From assembly GCA_017938505.1 (NCBI GenBank), contig JAGBBH010000077.1, positions 1 to 53,024 of the forward strand: a stretch of 53,024 nucleotides of DNA, given 5' to 3'. Each line of letters opens with the position of its first letter. Position 1 is the stretch's first letter. Made by a program: the position numbers and the translations under genes. The notes beneath the pieces were generated by a model that saw only the letters and a list, made by a program, of their open reading frames with translations, was not told the DNA's origin and did not search any database. Shown piece after piece: positions 9,476 to 18,606 of this stretch. Origin of the DNA: Clostridia bacterium. GTDB taxonomy: Bacteria; Bacillota; Clostridia; Christensenellales; UBA1242.

Positions 9476-10075
9476 ATGAATAGTTTACTTTTATCGGTTA
9501 GTGAAACATTTTCAGCATTTTGGGATTCTGCATCAGTGTTTTTTCAAAATTGTTGGGGTTATATAACTGCAAGTGTTTCAATTACTGCAATAGTGCTTTT
9601 TATTATCAAATACATTTGGTGGAAAATAAAAAACAATAAAACAATCAAAGAAGCAATTACAAAGGCAACTGGTGTTGTGGAAAATTCAACATCTTCTGTC
9701 AATAAAAGAATTGATGAATTTGAAACAAAGACCACAGAAATGTTTGCCAGGTTTGAAGAAAACTTTGAAAAGAAGTTTGAAGACAAATTTGAAACTTTGA
9801 AGAAGAAACGAATGAAAGCATACAATTCAATTATGACTGGAACAAACAAGATCCAGGAAGAATTGGACAAAGCAAACGAAATGGCACAGAATATTGATGC
9901 AGAGATGCAGAAGGAAACACCTGCACCTGACATTAAAGAACTTGCAGATGCTTTGAATTTGCCTGAAAATAAGGCACAGGAAGGCGAAACAGAAGCGGTT
10001 GAAGAAATAGTCGAGTCAACCACAGAACAAAGCACAGAAACATCTGTGGTGAATGAAAATCAGGTGTTAAGGTAG
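9476..10075 (+). CDS. N-terminally membrane-anchored coiled-coil protein with an acidic tail (199 aa)
   Basis: GGAGGG RBS. One hydrophobic segment (ITASVSITAIVLFIIKYIWW), followed by a charged helical region and an acidic C-terminus. Confidence 0.5.
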   Translation: MNSLLLSVSETFSAFWDSASVFFQNCWGYITASVSITAIVLFIIKYIWWKIKNNKTIKEAITKATGVVENSTSSVNKRIDEFETKTTEMFARFEENFEKKFEDKFETLKKKRMKAYNSIMTGTNKIQEELDKANEMAQNIDAEMQKETPAPDIKELADALNLPENKAQEGETEAVEEIVESTTEQSTETSVVNENQVLR

Positions 10076-10081
10076 GTGCTT

Positions 10082-10555
10082 ATGGATAGTTTATTTAAGT
10101 GGTTATACAGAACAGGTTGTTATTTCATTCCTGGAGGAACTGCACTTTGGTGTTTTGTCTTTGAAAACCTTTTTGACAAAGAAGTTTCAGTTATGGCAAA
10201 GATTGGTTGTGCAGGTGTGTTTGTATTGATTTTAATGGTTATTATAACCATCTTTTTTGCAAATAAAGCATTCAAAAAGAAAAATCAAAAACTTGAAAAA
10301 GAAGCAATCAAAGAAATGGACAATGCAAAAAAACAAGCAATTATCAACAAATGGGAAACAAACGAAAAAAACCAGGAGTTGTTTCATAATACAATTTTCT
10401 TGGCAATATTTGTTTGTTTGGCATTTCTTGTAACACTTCTTGAAAGCAAATTATTGAGTTTAAGGGGTGTCTTGTGGTTTATGGTGGCATCTATTTCCGC
10501 AGGACTTGGTTGCAATGTCATTCGCTTCAAAGTTATCAAAAATAAGAAAAAATAA
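10082..10555 (+). CDS. Small multi-pass membrane protein (holin-like candidate)
   Basis: The ATG at 10082 lies 6 nt after AAGGTAGG; an in-frame GTG at 10076 is an alternative start. There are 3-4 hydrophobic segments and a Lys-rich C-terminus. Confidence 0.45.
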   Translation: MDSLFKWLYRTGCYFIPGGTALWCFVFENLFDKEVSVMAKIGCAGVFVLILMVIITIFFANKAFKKKNQKLEKEAIKEMDNAKKQAIINKWETNEKNQELFHNTIFLAIFVCLAFLVTLLESKLLSLRGVLWFMVASISAGLGCNVIRFKVIKNKKK

Positions 10556-10565
10556 GAGGTAGTCC

Positions 10566-11552
10566 ATGAAATTTAGAAAAATAGATATTAAAAATCATCT
10601 TGGTGAAATATTTACTGGTTTAATCGTAGTAGCCCTGTTTAGTTATCTATTTGTGGGCATTGGCATCAAAACTTCATTGAATGAAGAATTTTGGACAATA
10701 TTTGGAATAGGTTTTGCAATAATGGTTGCAATAACATCTATTTGGTATCCTTCTGCAAAAGCGAAGGCAAAACTAAAAGATAAGAATTTCAAAAATCAAA
10801 GATTGGAATATTCCATTTTGGTTGACAGAGTTGTAAAAACAAACAACTTTAAGGGTTTAAGAGAATTTTGCGAATATGCCACAGATGAAAACAAAACTGA
10901 AAGAATAAAGGCAGTTTTGGCAAAAATCAATGTTGATTATGATGTATATGTAAAGTATTCAAAAGACATTAAACTTTTAGATAAAGACACACAACTTGAT
11001 GCAGACCAAAAGAAAAAATTGTTAAAACTTATCAATAAAGGTGTAAAATACACCATCATCAATTCCAGTAAGGTAACAACCGCCATTGATAATATAAAAG
11101 AACACTATGACATAAGAAATGAAGAAAAAGCATACGACACAAAAACATTGACTGCAAAAATATGCACTTCAATCTTATGTTCAGTTGGTTTTGCAATGAT
11201 TGTATTTACAGGCACAGGGTTCACACTTGGAAAACTTGCACAAATCTTTTCTTGGTTGGTTCTTATTGCTTGGAACATTTGTCAGTCAATCAGTTCAGGA
11301 ACAAAGTCAATTACAATTTACAGAGCAAATTTCTATAAGAAATTAAGAACATTCTTGGAAGAATTTTTTGCAAGTAAATATGCAGACAACACTATTGCTT
11401 GGCAAAGACCAACAATAAAAGATGAAGATGATGTTACAGTTGCAGATGCAATCAAAGACAAAGATTTTATCAAACAACTGGCAAAAACAATCAAAGACCT
11501 GGAGCATAAAAACCAGGAAAAAGAAGAACACAAAGAAAAATGGCAGTTCTAA
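10566..11552 (+). CDS. Membrane protein (328 aa), about 4 TM segments with a large central soluble loop
   Basis: AGAGG RBS. Two N-terminal and two C-terminal hydrophobic segments. No motif recognised. Confidence 0.5.
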   Translation: MKFRKIDIKNHLGEIFTGLIVVALFSYLFVGIGIKTSLNEEFWTIFGIGFAIMVAITSIWYPSAKAKAKLKDKNFKNQRLEYSILVDRVVKTNNFKGLREFCEYATDENKTERIKAVLAKINVDYDVYVKYSKDIKLLDKDTQLDADQKKKLLKLINKGVKYTIINSSKVTTAIDNIKEHYDIRNEEKAYDTKTLTAKICTSILCSVGFAMIVFTGTGFTLGKLAQIFSWLVLIAWNICQSISSGTKSITIYRANFYKKLRTFLEEFFASKYADNTIAWQRPTIKDEDDVTVADAIKDKDFIKQLAKTIKDLEHKNQEKEEHKEKWQF

Positions 11553-11648
11553 AAATTGTCAGTATAGTGAGCATAAAACACAAAAAGATTGTCAATTCGC
11601 ATTGAAAAGTGTAAAAAAACAAGCAAAAATTATATTGAAAAGTGTAAA

Positions 11649-11675
11649 AGACAGGTGTTTTGCCTGTCTTTTTTT
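11649..11675 (+). terminator. Rho-independent terminator ending the phage late block
   Basis: AGACAGG-N7-CCTGTCT followed by a T-run. Confidence 0.6.
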
Positions 11676-11693
11676 AATTTTTTCACAGGATAA

Positions 11694-11723
11694 TTGACAT
11701 TTTTTCATAAAATGTGCTAATAT
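11694..11723 (+). promoter_or_regulatory. Sigma-70-type promoter (TTGACA, N18, TG-n-TAATAT)
   Basis: Consensus -35 at 11694-11699 and an extended -10 at 11715-11723. Confidence 0.5.
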
Positions 11724-11725
11724 AC

Positions 11726-11880
11726 TTGTGCGACACAATTCAATATTTTTAACCAGGTAGGGTTGGGTTTTTTTGCCTTTCATACAAATACTTCCACCTA
11801 TTTGGTTAGGAATTGTGTCGCAACAAGGGAAGCATTTGTTTAATGATAGGACTGTGCCTCCCTTATGGGTGGCACTTTTA
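11726..11880 (+). promoter_or_regulatory. Candidate structured 5' leader (riboswitch- or attenuator-like, unclassified) ending in an intrinsic terminator
   Basis: A 12-bp perfect helix pairs 11730-11741 with 11810-11821. A nested 11-bp helix pairs 11751-11761 with 11797-11807 (two G-U pairs). Terminator hairpin at 11854-11875 plus a T-run. AAGGGA at 11825-11830 can pair with TCCCTT at 11859-11864 in the terminator's 5' arm. Confidence 0.4.
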
Positions 11881-11936
11881 TTTATAGACATTTTTTGTGA
11901 TTTATAAACATATAATACTGCCACACTGGAGGTATT

Positions 11937-12317
11937 ATGAAAAACTTTTTTAAGAAATTTTGGAAAGATTGCATATATATCTTTTTCATTCTTGCATTGA
12001 TTGCTTGTGTTATTTTTCAGTTTGTTTCTATACACAATTATAATACAAGAGAAATTTGGGGCATTGTGCTTGAAACAAATGCAGGTGTTGTAAAAACATA
12101 CAACATTGAAAACGAGTCAGGTTATGAAGAATTTGCAAAGGCAAGTGGCATGATTCCAGCAGGAAATTTGTTGAGAGAAATAAAAGTAAGTGAACCAAAG
12201 TATTCAGGAAGGGGTGATAATATAAAAACTTATACAATCACACTTGTTGAATGGGATGATGATGTTACAACACTTGAATATAGTTGGGAACAAATTATCC
12301 ACATAGAATATAAATAA
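11937..12317 (+). CDS. Small membrane-anchored or secreted hypothetical protein (126 aa)
   Basis: GGAGG RBS. The N-terminal hydrophobic segment is IYIFFILALIACVIFQFV. Confidence 0.5.
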   Translation: MKNFFKKFWKDCIYIFFILALIACVIFQFVSIHNYNTREIWGIVLETNAGVVKTYNIENESGYEEFAKASGMIPAGNLLREIKVSEPKYSGRGDNIKTYTITLVEWDDDVTTLEYSWEQIIHIEYK

Positions 12318-12323
12318 AAACAG

Positions 12324-12356
12324 TAAGTCAGCGGTTTTGCTGACTTATTTTTTTTT
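12324..12356 (+). terminator. Rho-independent terminator
   Basis: TAAGTCAGC-GGTTTT-GCTGACTTA followed by a T9 run. Confidence 0.65.
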
Positions 12357-13540
12357 GACATCTTGAAATTTTGATTTTTTCAATCTATAATTGTTAAGCA
12401 AATCAAATGATGAAGGAGTAAAGTTATGAGAGGTGTCAATTTTACTGCATATCAAAAAAGAAGGGCATTGAAGTATTGGTTGGAAGAAAAGATGCCTGTT
12501 CAAAAAGTGTGTCAAAAGTGCAAATGCACAGAAAGAAGTTTGTGGCGGTGGAAAAAGTTGTATGATGGAACATTGGCAAGTTTAGAACCAAACACAAGTC
12601 GCAAAAACATGATCCATCCAAATTCACACACAAAAGAAGAATTTGAGTATATTTCAAAGGTTTTCAAAGCAAAACCTGATTTTTCATTCAATGAAATATA
12701 TGGTATATTAAGAACAAAACATGCATACAACAGAACCTATTGTGGTTTTTATAGATTTGTTGTTAAGAAGAATTTGCGACCAAGACAGGAAATTGAAAAG
12801 TATGTGCCAAAACCTTATGAAACACCTGAAATGCTTGGAACAAAGTGGCAGATGGATGTGAAATATGTGCCAGTTGCTTGTTATAAAGGCGAAATGGTGC
12901 ATTATGATGATAACAAGTATTATCAATATACTATGATTGATGAAGCAACAAGAGAAAGGTTTTTGTTTCCATACAAAGAACATTGCACATCTTCAACTAT
13001 TGATTTTGTAAAAAGAGCAATAGCATATTTTGGTTATGCTCCAGCAATCATTCAAACAGACAATGGCGGTGAATTTACAAATGTAAAGAAACCAGGACAA
13101 AAAGAACCTGTTAAACATGGTTTAGACATCTTGTTGGACAAATTACACATCAGGCATCAACTTATCCGAGCATACACACCAAGATTGAATGGTAAAGTTG
13201 AAAGAAGCCACAGAAGCGACCAGGAGTCATTTTATAACCATCTAAAATATAAAACTTATGAAGAACTAAAAAAGAAGATGATGAAGTGGAATATTCGCTA
13301 TAATAACAGACCACATTCAGCATTAACAAACAGAGATGGCAAAAAGGTTTGGTGGACACCTTTGCAGAAAAGGGAAGACCTGTTGAAACTGTTACAAGAG
13401 AAAAAAGAAGAATATGAAGCAGTCAGGTTCATCAAACTTCCAAGAACAATCAAACAAGTTTATGCGGTTGCATAACACAATTTAATATCAGGTTGGCGAA
13501 ATTCCATTCATGAATGGAATAGGTTTTTTGTTGTCTTTAT
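12357..13540 (+). mobile_element. IS element (IS481-like); ends not determined
   Basis: A single transposase ORF. I could not identify convincing terminal inverted repeats or target duplications in the AT-rich flanks, so the bounds are nominal. Confidence 0.35.
12426..13475 (+). CDS. DDE (rve-type) transposase, IS481-family-like (349 aa)
   Basis: AAGGAG RBS. N-terminal HTH-like region. DDE triad context: WQMDVKYVP, IQTDNGGEF, TPRLNGKVERSHRS, followed by NNRPHSAL. Confidence 0.8.
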   Translation: MRGVNFTAYQKRRALKYWLEEKMPVQKVCQKCKCTERSLWRWKKLYDGTLASLEPNTSRKNMIHPNSHTKEEFEYISKVFKAKPDFSFNEIYGILRTKHAYNRTYCGFYRFVVKKNLRPRQEIEKYVPKPYETPEMLGTKWQMDVKYVPVACYKGEMVHYDDNKYYQYTMIDEATRERFLFPYKEHCTSSTIDFVKRAIAYFGYAPAIIQTDNGGEFTNVKKPGQKEPVKHGLDILLDKLHIRHQLIRAYTPRLNGKVERSHRSDQESFYNHLKYKTYEELKKKMMKWNIRYNNRPHSALTNRDGKKVWWTPLQKREDLLKLLQEKKEEYEAVRFIKLPRTIKQVYAVA

Positions 13541-13708
13541 TATATATATTTGACTTTACACAAATAATAATGATATTATAGGAATATATTTTTAACTAAA
13601 ATAACCATAAGAAATGGTTGTTTTTTAGTAAATTTTAGAAAAATTAAAAAATTTTCAAAAAATTACTGTAAATCAGTTGACATTTTTCAGTCAAACATAT
13701 AATGTTTT

Positions 13709-13846
13709 ATGGACAAGCAAAAATCTTATGGGGAAAAATATTCAACAATCAAGTTTAAACGAAGACTTTCTGCAAGATTCGTTTTTGGCACTTTGTTTTG
13801 TTGCGTAAGTGCAGTTGTTTTGTGTTATGTCTTTGTGAGGGGATAA
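13709..13846 (+). CDS. Possible 45-aa single-pass membrane micro-protein, abutting the M50 protease gene
   Basis: Reads MDKQKSYGEKYSTIKFKRRLSARFVFGTLFCCVSAVVLCYVFVRG. Its stop at 13844-13846 lies 1 nt before the ATG at 13848. No clear SD, and below the ORF-track size cut-off. Confidence 0.3.
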   Translation: MDKQKSYGEKYSTIKFKRRLSARFVFGTLFCCVSAVVLCYVFVRG

Positions 13847-13847
13847 A

Positions 13848-14693
13848 ATGAGGCGTTTTTCAATTCACCCTGTGGCAATTATTTTGTGGATATGGATTTT
13901 TTTTGCAATGAAACCACTGATTGCTTTAAGTTATGTTTGTGCAATTGTTGTTCACGAATTTGGTCATTTTATTGTTGCAAAGAAACTTGGTTATGAAATG
14001 GCGAAGTTTTGTCTTTCTCCTTATGGGGTTTCCATTGGAATTGTTGACAAAAATTTGGATTTTAAAGATGAACTTAAGATTGCATTTGCAGGACCGCTTT
14101 TTAACTTTGTAAGTTCTTTCTTAGTTGTTGGACTTTGGTGGTGTTTTCCTGCTTCTTATTGTTTTCTTGAACCATTTGTAAAGACAAGTTGTTTGCTTGC
14201 ACTTACAAATTTGTTGCCAGCATATCCTTTGGACGGTGGAAGAATTTTTGTTTCAATGGCTTCCTTTGTGATGCGAGAAAAGACAGCAAAGAAAATTACG
14301 GTAATTTTAAATCTTGCTTTGGCATTGTGCTTTTTTGGTTTGTTTGTTGCTTTCTTGTTTGTAAACTTCAACCCAACATTTTTGCTTTTTTCAATTTTTT
14401 TAGTTGGCGGGTTGATTGAGTTGAAAACGAATTCCAAATATGAAAAAATCGACATATATTTCAAGAAGGAAAAAAGTTTTGTGGTTCCAAAAATTTGTTG
14501 TGTTTATTCAGATGTGTCAGTTGGTCAATTGATAAAAAAAATTCAAACTTCAAAAACACATATTTTTTGTCTTATTTTAAAAAACGGAAAAATTATAAAT
14601 TTAAGCGAAAAGATGATTATAAATTTATCTGCGAAATTCGGATATAATAAAAAATTAGAAGAAATTTTTAATAAAAATATTAAAATTAATTAA
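13848..14693 (+). CDS. Site-2 protease family (M50) membrane metalloprotease, SpoIVFB-like
   Basis: HEFGH zinc motif within a TM segment, and NLLPAYPLDGGR as the second conserved motif. Multi-pass protein with a soluble C-terminal domain. Confidence 0.8.
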   Translation: MRRFSIHPVAIILWIWIFFAMKPLIALSYVCAIVVHEFGHFIVAKKLGYEMAKFCLSPYGVSIGIVDKNLDFKDELKIAFAGPLFNFVSSFLVVGLWWCFPASYCFLEPFVKTSCLLALTNLLPAYPLDGGRIFVSMASFVMREKTAKKITVILNLALALCFFGLFVAFLFVNFNPTFLLFSIFLVGGLIELKTNSKYEKIDIYFKKEKSFVVPKICCVYSDVSVGQLIKKIQTSKTHIFCLILKNGKIINLSEKMIINLSAKFGYNKKLEEIFNKNIKIN

Positions 14694-14762
14694 AAAAATA
14701 GCGAAAATAATATATTTTTTAATTATTTTGCTATTATTTTTTTTATTTTTTTACAATTTTAA

Positions 14763-15206
14763 TTATTTTAAATATGGCAAAAGTTTGTCGATATTTTTTC
14801 GTTCAAATTCATAAAGTTTGTCAAGAATTTCATCTAGTTCTGCAGATATTCCTTGGTGGTCGGAACGGTCTTTTAGGCAGGTGATAACTCCCATAAAAGA
14901 ACCCATTAACATCATCTCGGCTATGTTGCGATTTGTCTTGTCGGTTAAAGTAGCCATATTTATGCTTGTCCACAATTTTGCTTTTTCTATCCAGTTGTTG
15001 TCTTTGAGGTTGTTGATTTTTTCTGCTTTTGCAAAACTTTCACATTCTTTTGCAAGACAGCAATAACCATCTTGCTGATTTGAAAGTTCAGTTGCCATTT
15101 CTTTGTCTTGAACCTTTGGCAATATGTCATCGATAGATTGAATTGCAGTGCGGGTGTTTTGATAAATTGCATTTAAGTATTTCGTGATTTTTTCTTTCTT
15201 TTCCAT
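14763..15206 (-). CDS. Hypothetical helical protein (147 aa)
   Basis: Start moved to the internal ATG at 15206 (MEKKEKITKY), which is preceded by GAAGGAGA. The longer track ORF has no RBS. Confidence 0.5.
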   Translation of the reverse strand: MEKKEKITKYLNAIYQNTRTAIQSIDDILPKVQDKEMATELSNQQDGYCCLAKECESFAKAEKINNLKDNNWIEKAKLWTSINMATLTDKTNRNIAEMMLMGSFMGVITCLKDRSDHQGISAELDEILDKLYEFERKNIDKLLPYLK

Positions 15207-15354
15207 ACATTCTCCTTCAATGACATTATTTGCAAAAGAGGGGAGTCTTATTCGCACGGCAACAACAATTTTTGACAGAAATTTACAAAAAAAGACAAAT
15301 CTTGCAAAATAAATTTTTGTGGTAGCGAATATAAAGGACAATATTTCTTAAAAT

Positions 15355-16779
15355 ATGATTATGAAAAAATCAACGAAAATCTTAATTGTTTTGACAATTT
15401 TGTCATTCATTCCAAACATCTTTTTAACAAAATATCTTTTGCAGGCCATTGTGCCGACAGAGGGCGGTTTTGTTTTGAATTTTACTCCGCTTGCCTGGGT
15501 TTCACTTGCCTTTCAAATTTTGTCTAATGTTTTGTTTGGCATTTTGTTTTTTAAGTTCCTAAAAACACAAAGACTTTCTAATGTCATTTTCTTTTCTGTT
15601 TTTCCATTGACATTGACTTATGGTGCTTTTATGGTTTATGTTGTTGCGGTTAAGACGATGTCTGGGGTAACAGCTGAGGCGGTTAGGGCGACATTAAACA
15701 TTGCCTCGCAAGAAAATTCTTATAACAATTTTCTTTGGGCTGGACTTGCAACAATTGTTTATTTGTTTCTTGTTTTTCTTATTGTTTTGTTCTCTTGCAG
15801 ACCTCTTGCACGAGTTGAAAAAGTGGCACAAACACTTGGTGATGGCAGAATGAAAGTTGATAATTTCAAGATTGGCGGAGGCAAACAGTTTAGGGAAATT
15901 GAATATGCTTTAAATAAAATAAACTATAACTATAAAGAAAAAGAAAACAAATTGAGACAAACAAATCTCGAAGCACAAAAATTTATTCCAAAACAATTCT
16001 TTAGGTTTTTAGGCAAAAGCAATGTTGCACAACTTGAAATGGGCAGACAAGTGAAGATGTCGGCTACGACTTTGTGGTGCGAATTGAAAAGTGCCTCAAG
16101 TGTTTCTAAAAATTTGAGTTTGGAGGAAAATTTTAATTATATAAACTCTTATTTGAAGGTTGTTGCTCCACTTATTAAAAAATATGACGGGTTTATTGAC
16201 AAATATCTTGGAGATAGCGTTTTGGCGGTATTTTCAAAACCGCAAAATGCAATTGAGTGTGGACATACGATTTTAAAGGTTATTGACACAAAAAACAAAG
16301 GGCAAAAAGACTTGCCAGACATTGATGCAAGTATCTCTATAAACACAGGAGAAGTTATTTTTGGAATTGTTGGGGAAGATGAACAAAAGACGCCAACAAT
16401 TGTTTCTGATGTTGTCGTAATATCTTCAAAAATGGGAGAGATAAATCTTTATATTGGAAGCAAAATGCTTGTTTCAAAACAAACATTAAACGAACTGCCA
16501 CAAGGGTATAAGTTTGAATATCGCTACATTGGAAATCTCTCTGTTGAGGGAAAAGTTCCAATCTCACTTTTTGAAAGTTTGCAATATTATCCAAAAAGCA
16601 GAAAGGAAAAATTGAAAAAACTTAAAAACAAGTTTGAGGAAAGTGTTCGTGCATATAACGAGAGAAATTATGACGAGGCAAAAGATGGGTTCGAGTTTGT
16701 TTTGAAAAGTTTGCCTGATGACAAACCTTCGTATGTTTATTTCAATAAATGTGTTGAAAAACTCAAAGAAAACAAATAA
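15355..16779 (+). CDS. Membrane-bound class III adenylate/guanylate cyclase with a C-terminal TPR-like tail
   Basis: An N-terminal multi-TM region, then a linker, then a cyclase core with the GDSVLAVF-type motif and NTGEVIFGIVG. Confidence 0.7.
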   Translation: MIMKKSTKILIVLTILSFIPNIFLTKYLLQAIVPTEGGFVLNFTPLAWVSLAFQILSNVLFGILFFKFLKTQRLSNVIFFSVFPLTLTYGAFMVYVVAVKTMSGVTAEAVRATLNIASQENSYNNFLWAGLATIVYLFLVFLIVLFSCRPLARVEKVAQTLGDGRMKVDNFKIGGGKQFREIEYALNKINYNYKEKENKLRQTNLEAQKFIPKQFFRFLGKSNVAQLEMGRQVKMSATTLWCELKSASSVSKNLSLEENFNYINSYLKVVAPLIKKYDGFIDKYLGDSVLAVFSKPQNAIECGHTILKVIDTKNKGQKDLPDIDASISINTGEVIFGIVGEDEQKTPTIVSDVVVISSKMGEINLYIGSKMLVSKQTLNELPQGYKFEYRYIGNLSVEGKVPISLFESLQYYPKSRKEKLKKLKNKFEESVRAYNERNYDEAKDGFEFVLKSLPDDKPSYVYFNKCVEKLKENK

Positions 16780-16847
16780 AAAAGTTTAAAATTGTTGTGC
16801 ATTAAAATTTTTGCTTTAAAAAGTGAAAGAAAGCACAACTTTTTTTC

Positions 16848-16876
16848 TTGACTTTCATATCGTTTTATTTTACAAT
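16848..16876 (+). promoter_or_regulatory. Promoter TTGACT-N17-TACAAT, placed only 7 nt before the ATG at 16884
   Basis: -35 at 16848-16853 and -10 at 16871-16876. Confidence 0.45.
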
Positions 16877-16883
16877 ATAAAAT

Positions 16884-17372
16884 ATGAAATTTGCGAAGAA
16901 AAAAGGGTATAAAATTTGTCCTAGATGCGGAGAAAAATGTCTTATTGGACAAGAACGGTGCAATGAATGTAACCTTATTTTTTCGCGCTTGCAATATGCA
17001 TCAAACAAAGCAGCAAAGAAGAAATTGCGAAAATTTGACAACGATTTCATTGTTTATACAAGCACCTTTCCAAGTGATTTGAAATATTGGAAACTTTTGC
17101 TTTTGACAATATTTACCGGACTTTTTGGTGGGCATTATTATTATTGTGGAAAATATATCAAGGGTGGACTTATGACAGCATCTTTCATTTATACCCTCTT
17201 TTGCACGATTTTCAATCAAGTTATTGTTGAACAAATACCTGGCGGTGAAAGTATGTATGTCCTTGTCGGCATTGCAACTTTTTCGTGGATTGTCAGTTTA
17301 TGCTTTCTGCTTTGCAAAAAGTTTAAAGTGCCGGTCATTGTTGATATGCCTAAAAGTGAGGTGGTAGAATGA
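16884..17372 (+). CDS. Zinc-ribbon plus TM2-domain membrane protein
   Basis: CPRCGEKC...CNEC zinc ribbon. TM2-like [16 protein letters not shown]. Its TGA stop overlaps the mnmA start (ATGA). Confidence 0.7.
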   Translation: MKFAKKKGYKICPRCGEKCLIGQERCNECNLIFSRLQYASNKAAKKKLRKFDNDFIVYTSTFPSDLKYWKLLLLTIFTGLFGGHYYYCGKYIKGGLMTASFIYTLFCTIFNQVIVEQIPGGESMYVLVGIATFSWIVSLCFLLCKKFKVPVIVDMPKSEVVE

Positions 17373-18439
17373 GAGTTGTTGTAGGTATTTCTGGTGGAGT
17401 TGATTCTAGTGTTGCAGCTTATCTTCTAAAAAAACAGGGACACGATGTTATTGGCCTTTTTATGATAAACTGGGACGAGCAAGATGGGCAATGCACCGCA
17501 GAAGATGATTATGAAGATGTAAAGCGGGTTTGCACAAAAATTGGAATTCCTTATTTTTCAGTTAATTATGCAAAAGAATATTATGACAGAGTGTTTCAAT
17601 ATTTTTTAGATGAGTATAAGGCGGGAAGAACGCCTAATCCTGATGTGCTTTGCAATCGAGAAATTAAGTTTGGACCTTTTTTGGAGAAGGCAAAGGCACT
17701 TGGAGCTGATATGATTGCAACTGGGCATTACGCAAAAACAATTGTCAAAGAGGGAAAGACATATTTGACCAAAGCAAACGACTTGTCAAAAGACCAATCC
17801 TATTTTTTGAACCAACTTAATCAAAATCAACTTTCTTCTGTGATTTTTCCGCTTGCTGACATAGAGAAGAAAGAAGTTCGTGAAATTGCAAGAGAACTTG
17901 AATTGAGCACGGCAGACAAAAAAGACAGCACAGGAATATGCTTTATTGGGGAAAGAAATTTTAAAAAGTTTTTAAAACAATATCTTCCAGCACAACCAGG
18001 GGAAATCCGCAATTTGGAAGGTGAAGTTGTTGGCAGACACGATGGACTTATGTATTACACGATTGGCCAGAGAAAAGGCTTGAACATTGGTGGCAGAAAA
18101 GATGGAAATGGAGAAAGATGGTTCGTCTTGAAAAAAGACCTTGAAAACAACATTTTGTATGTAAGTCAAGGGGAGTGTGATGTTCTTTTCTCAAATGGTC
18201 TTTATGCAGACACTTTCAATTGGATTCCCGAAGTCCCAAAAGAGAAGAAGTTTTCTTGCTTGGCAAAGTTCCGATATCGCCAACCAGACCAAAAAGTTTT
18301 TGTTGAAGTGTTAGATGAAACGCACATTAAAGTTGATTTTGAACAAAAGCAAAGAGCAATCACTGAAGGTCAATTTGTCGTGCTTTACACGGAAGAAGGA
18401 ATTTGCCTTGGTGGTGGAATAATAAATGAAAAATTTTAA
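17369..18439 (+). CDS. mnmA: tRNA 2-thiouridine(34) synthase MnmA
   Basis: PP-loop [15 protein letters not shown]. Full-length colinear similarity to MnmA, including NPDVLCN and KDQSYFL. Confidence 0.9.
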   Translation: MRVVVGISGGVDSSVAAYLLKKQGHDVIGLFMINWDEQDGQCTAEDDYEDVKRVCTKIGIPYFSVNYAKEYYDRVFQYFLDEYKAGRTPNPDVLCNREIKFGPFLEKAKALGADMIATGHYAKTIVKEGKTYLTKANDLSKDQSYFLNQLNQNQLSSVIFPLADIEKKEVREIARELELSTADKKDSTGICFIGERNFKKFLKQYLPAQPGEIRNLEGEVVGRHDGLMYYTIGQRKGLNIGGRKDGNGERWFVLKKDLENNILYVSQGECDVLFSNGLYADTFNWIPEVPKEKKFSCLAKFRYRQPDQKVFVEVLDETHIKVDFEQKQRAITEGQFVVLYTEEGICLGGGIINEKF

Positions 18440-18606
18440 CGAAAAATTTTCAAAACTTCTATTGTTTTGAAATTTTTGAAAAAAACTAATTAAAAAGTTG
18501 CGACAAAGTGCTTGCACTTTCGTTTGGTCGCAAAAGCAGAAAAGTAAGCAATAAGCGAAGTTTTGTCAGTTTGACAAAACAAGCCATAAGCACAACTTTT
18601 CAGCGA

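Larger units (their letters stand above)
1..11680. mobile_element. Partial prophage, right-hand end: tail/tail-fibre module, DGR cassette, small membrane-protein module. The left end lies outside the window and the right boundary is approximate.
   Basis: All ORFs are co-oriented and tightly packed, most with GGAGG-type RBS. Tail-fibre-like motifs and a DGR of phage BPP-1 architecture are present. A strong terminator at 11649-11675 ends the block. No integrase or att site is visible. Confidence 0.6.

Noticed and set aside
11592-12035. 147-aa minus-strand ORF
   Set aside because: It runs antisense across a terminator, a consensus promoter, the structured leader and the start of the 11937 gene. 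It has no RBS and a low-complexity sequence.
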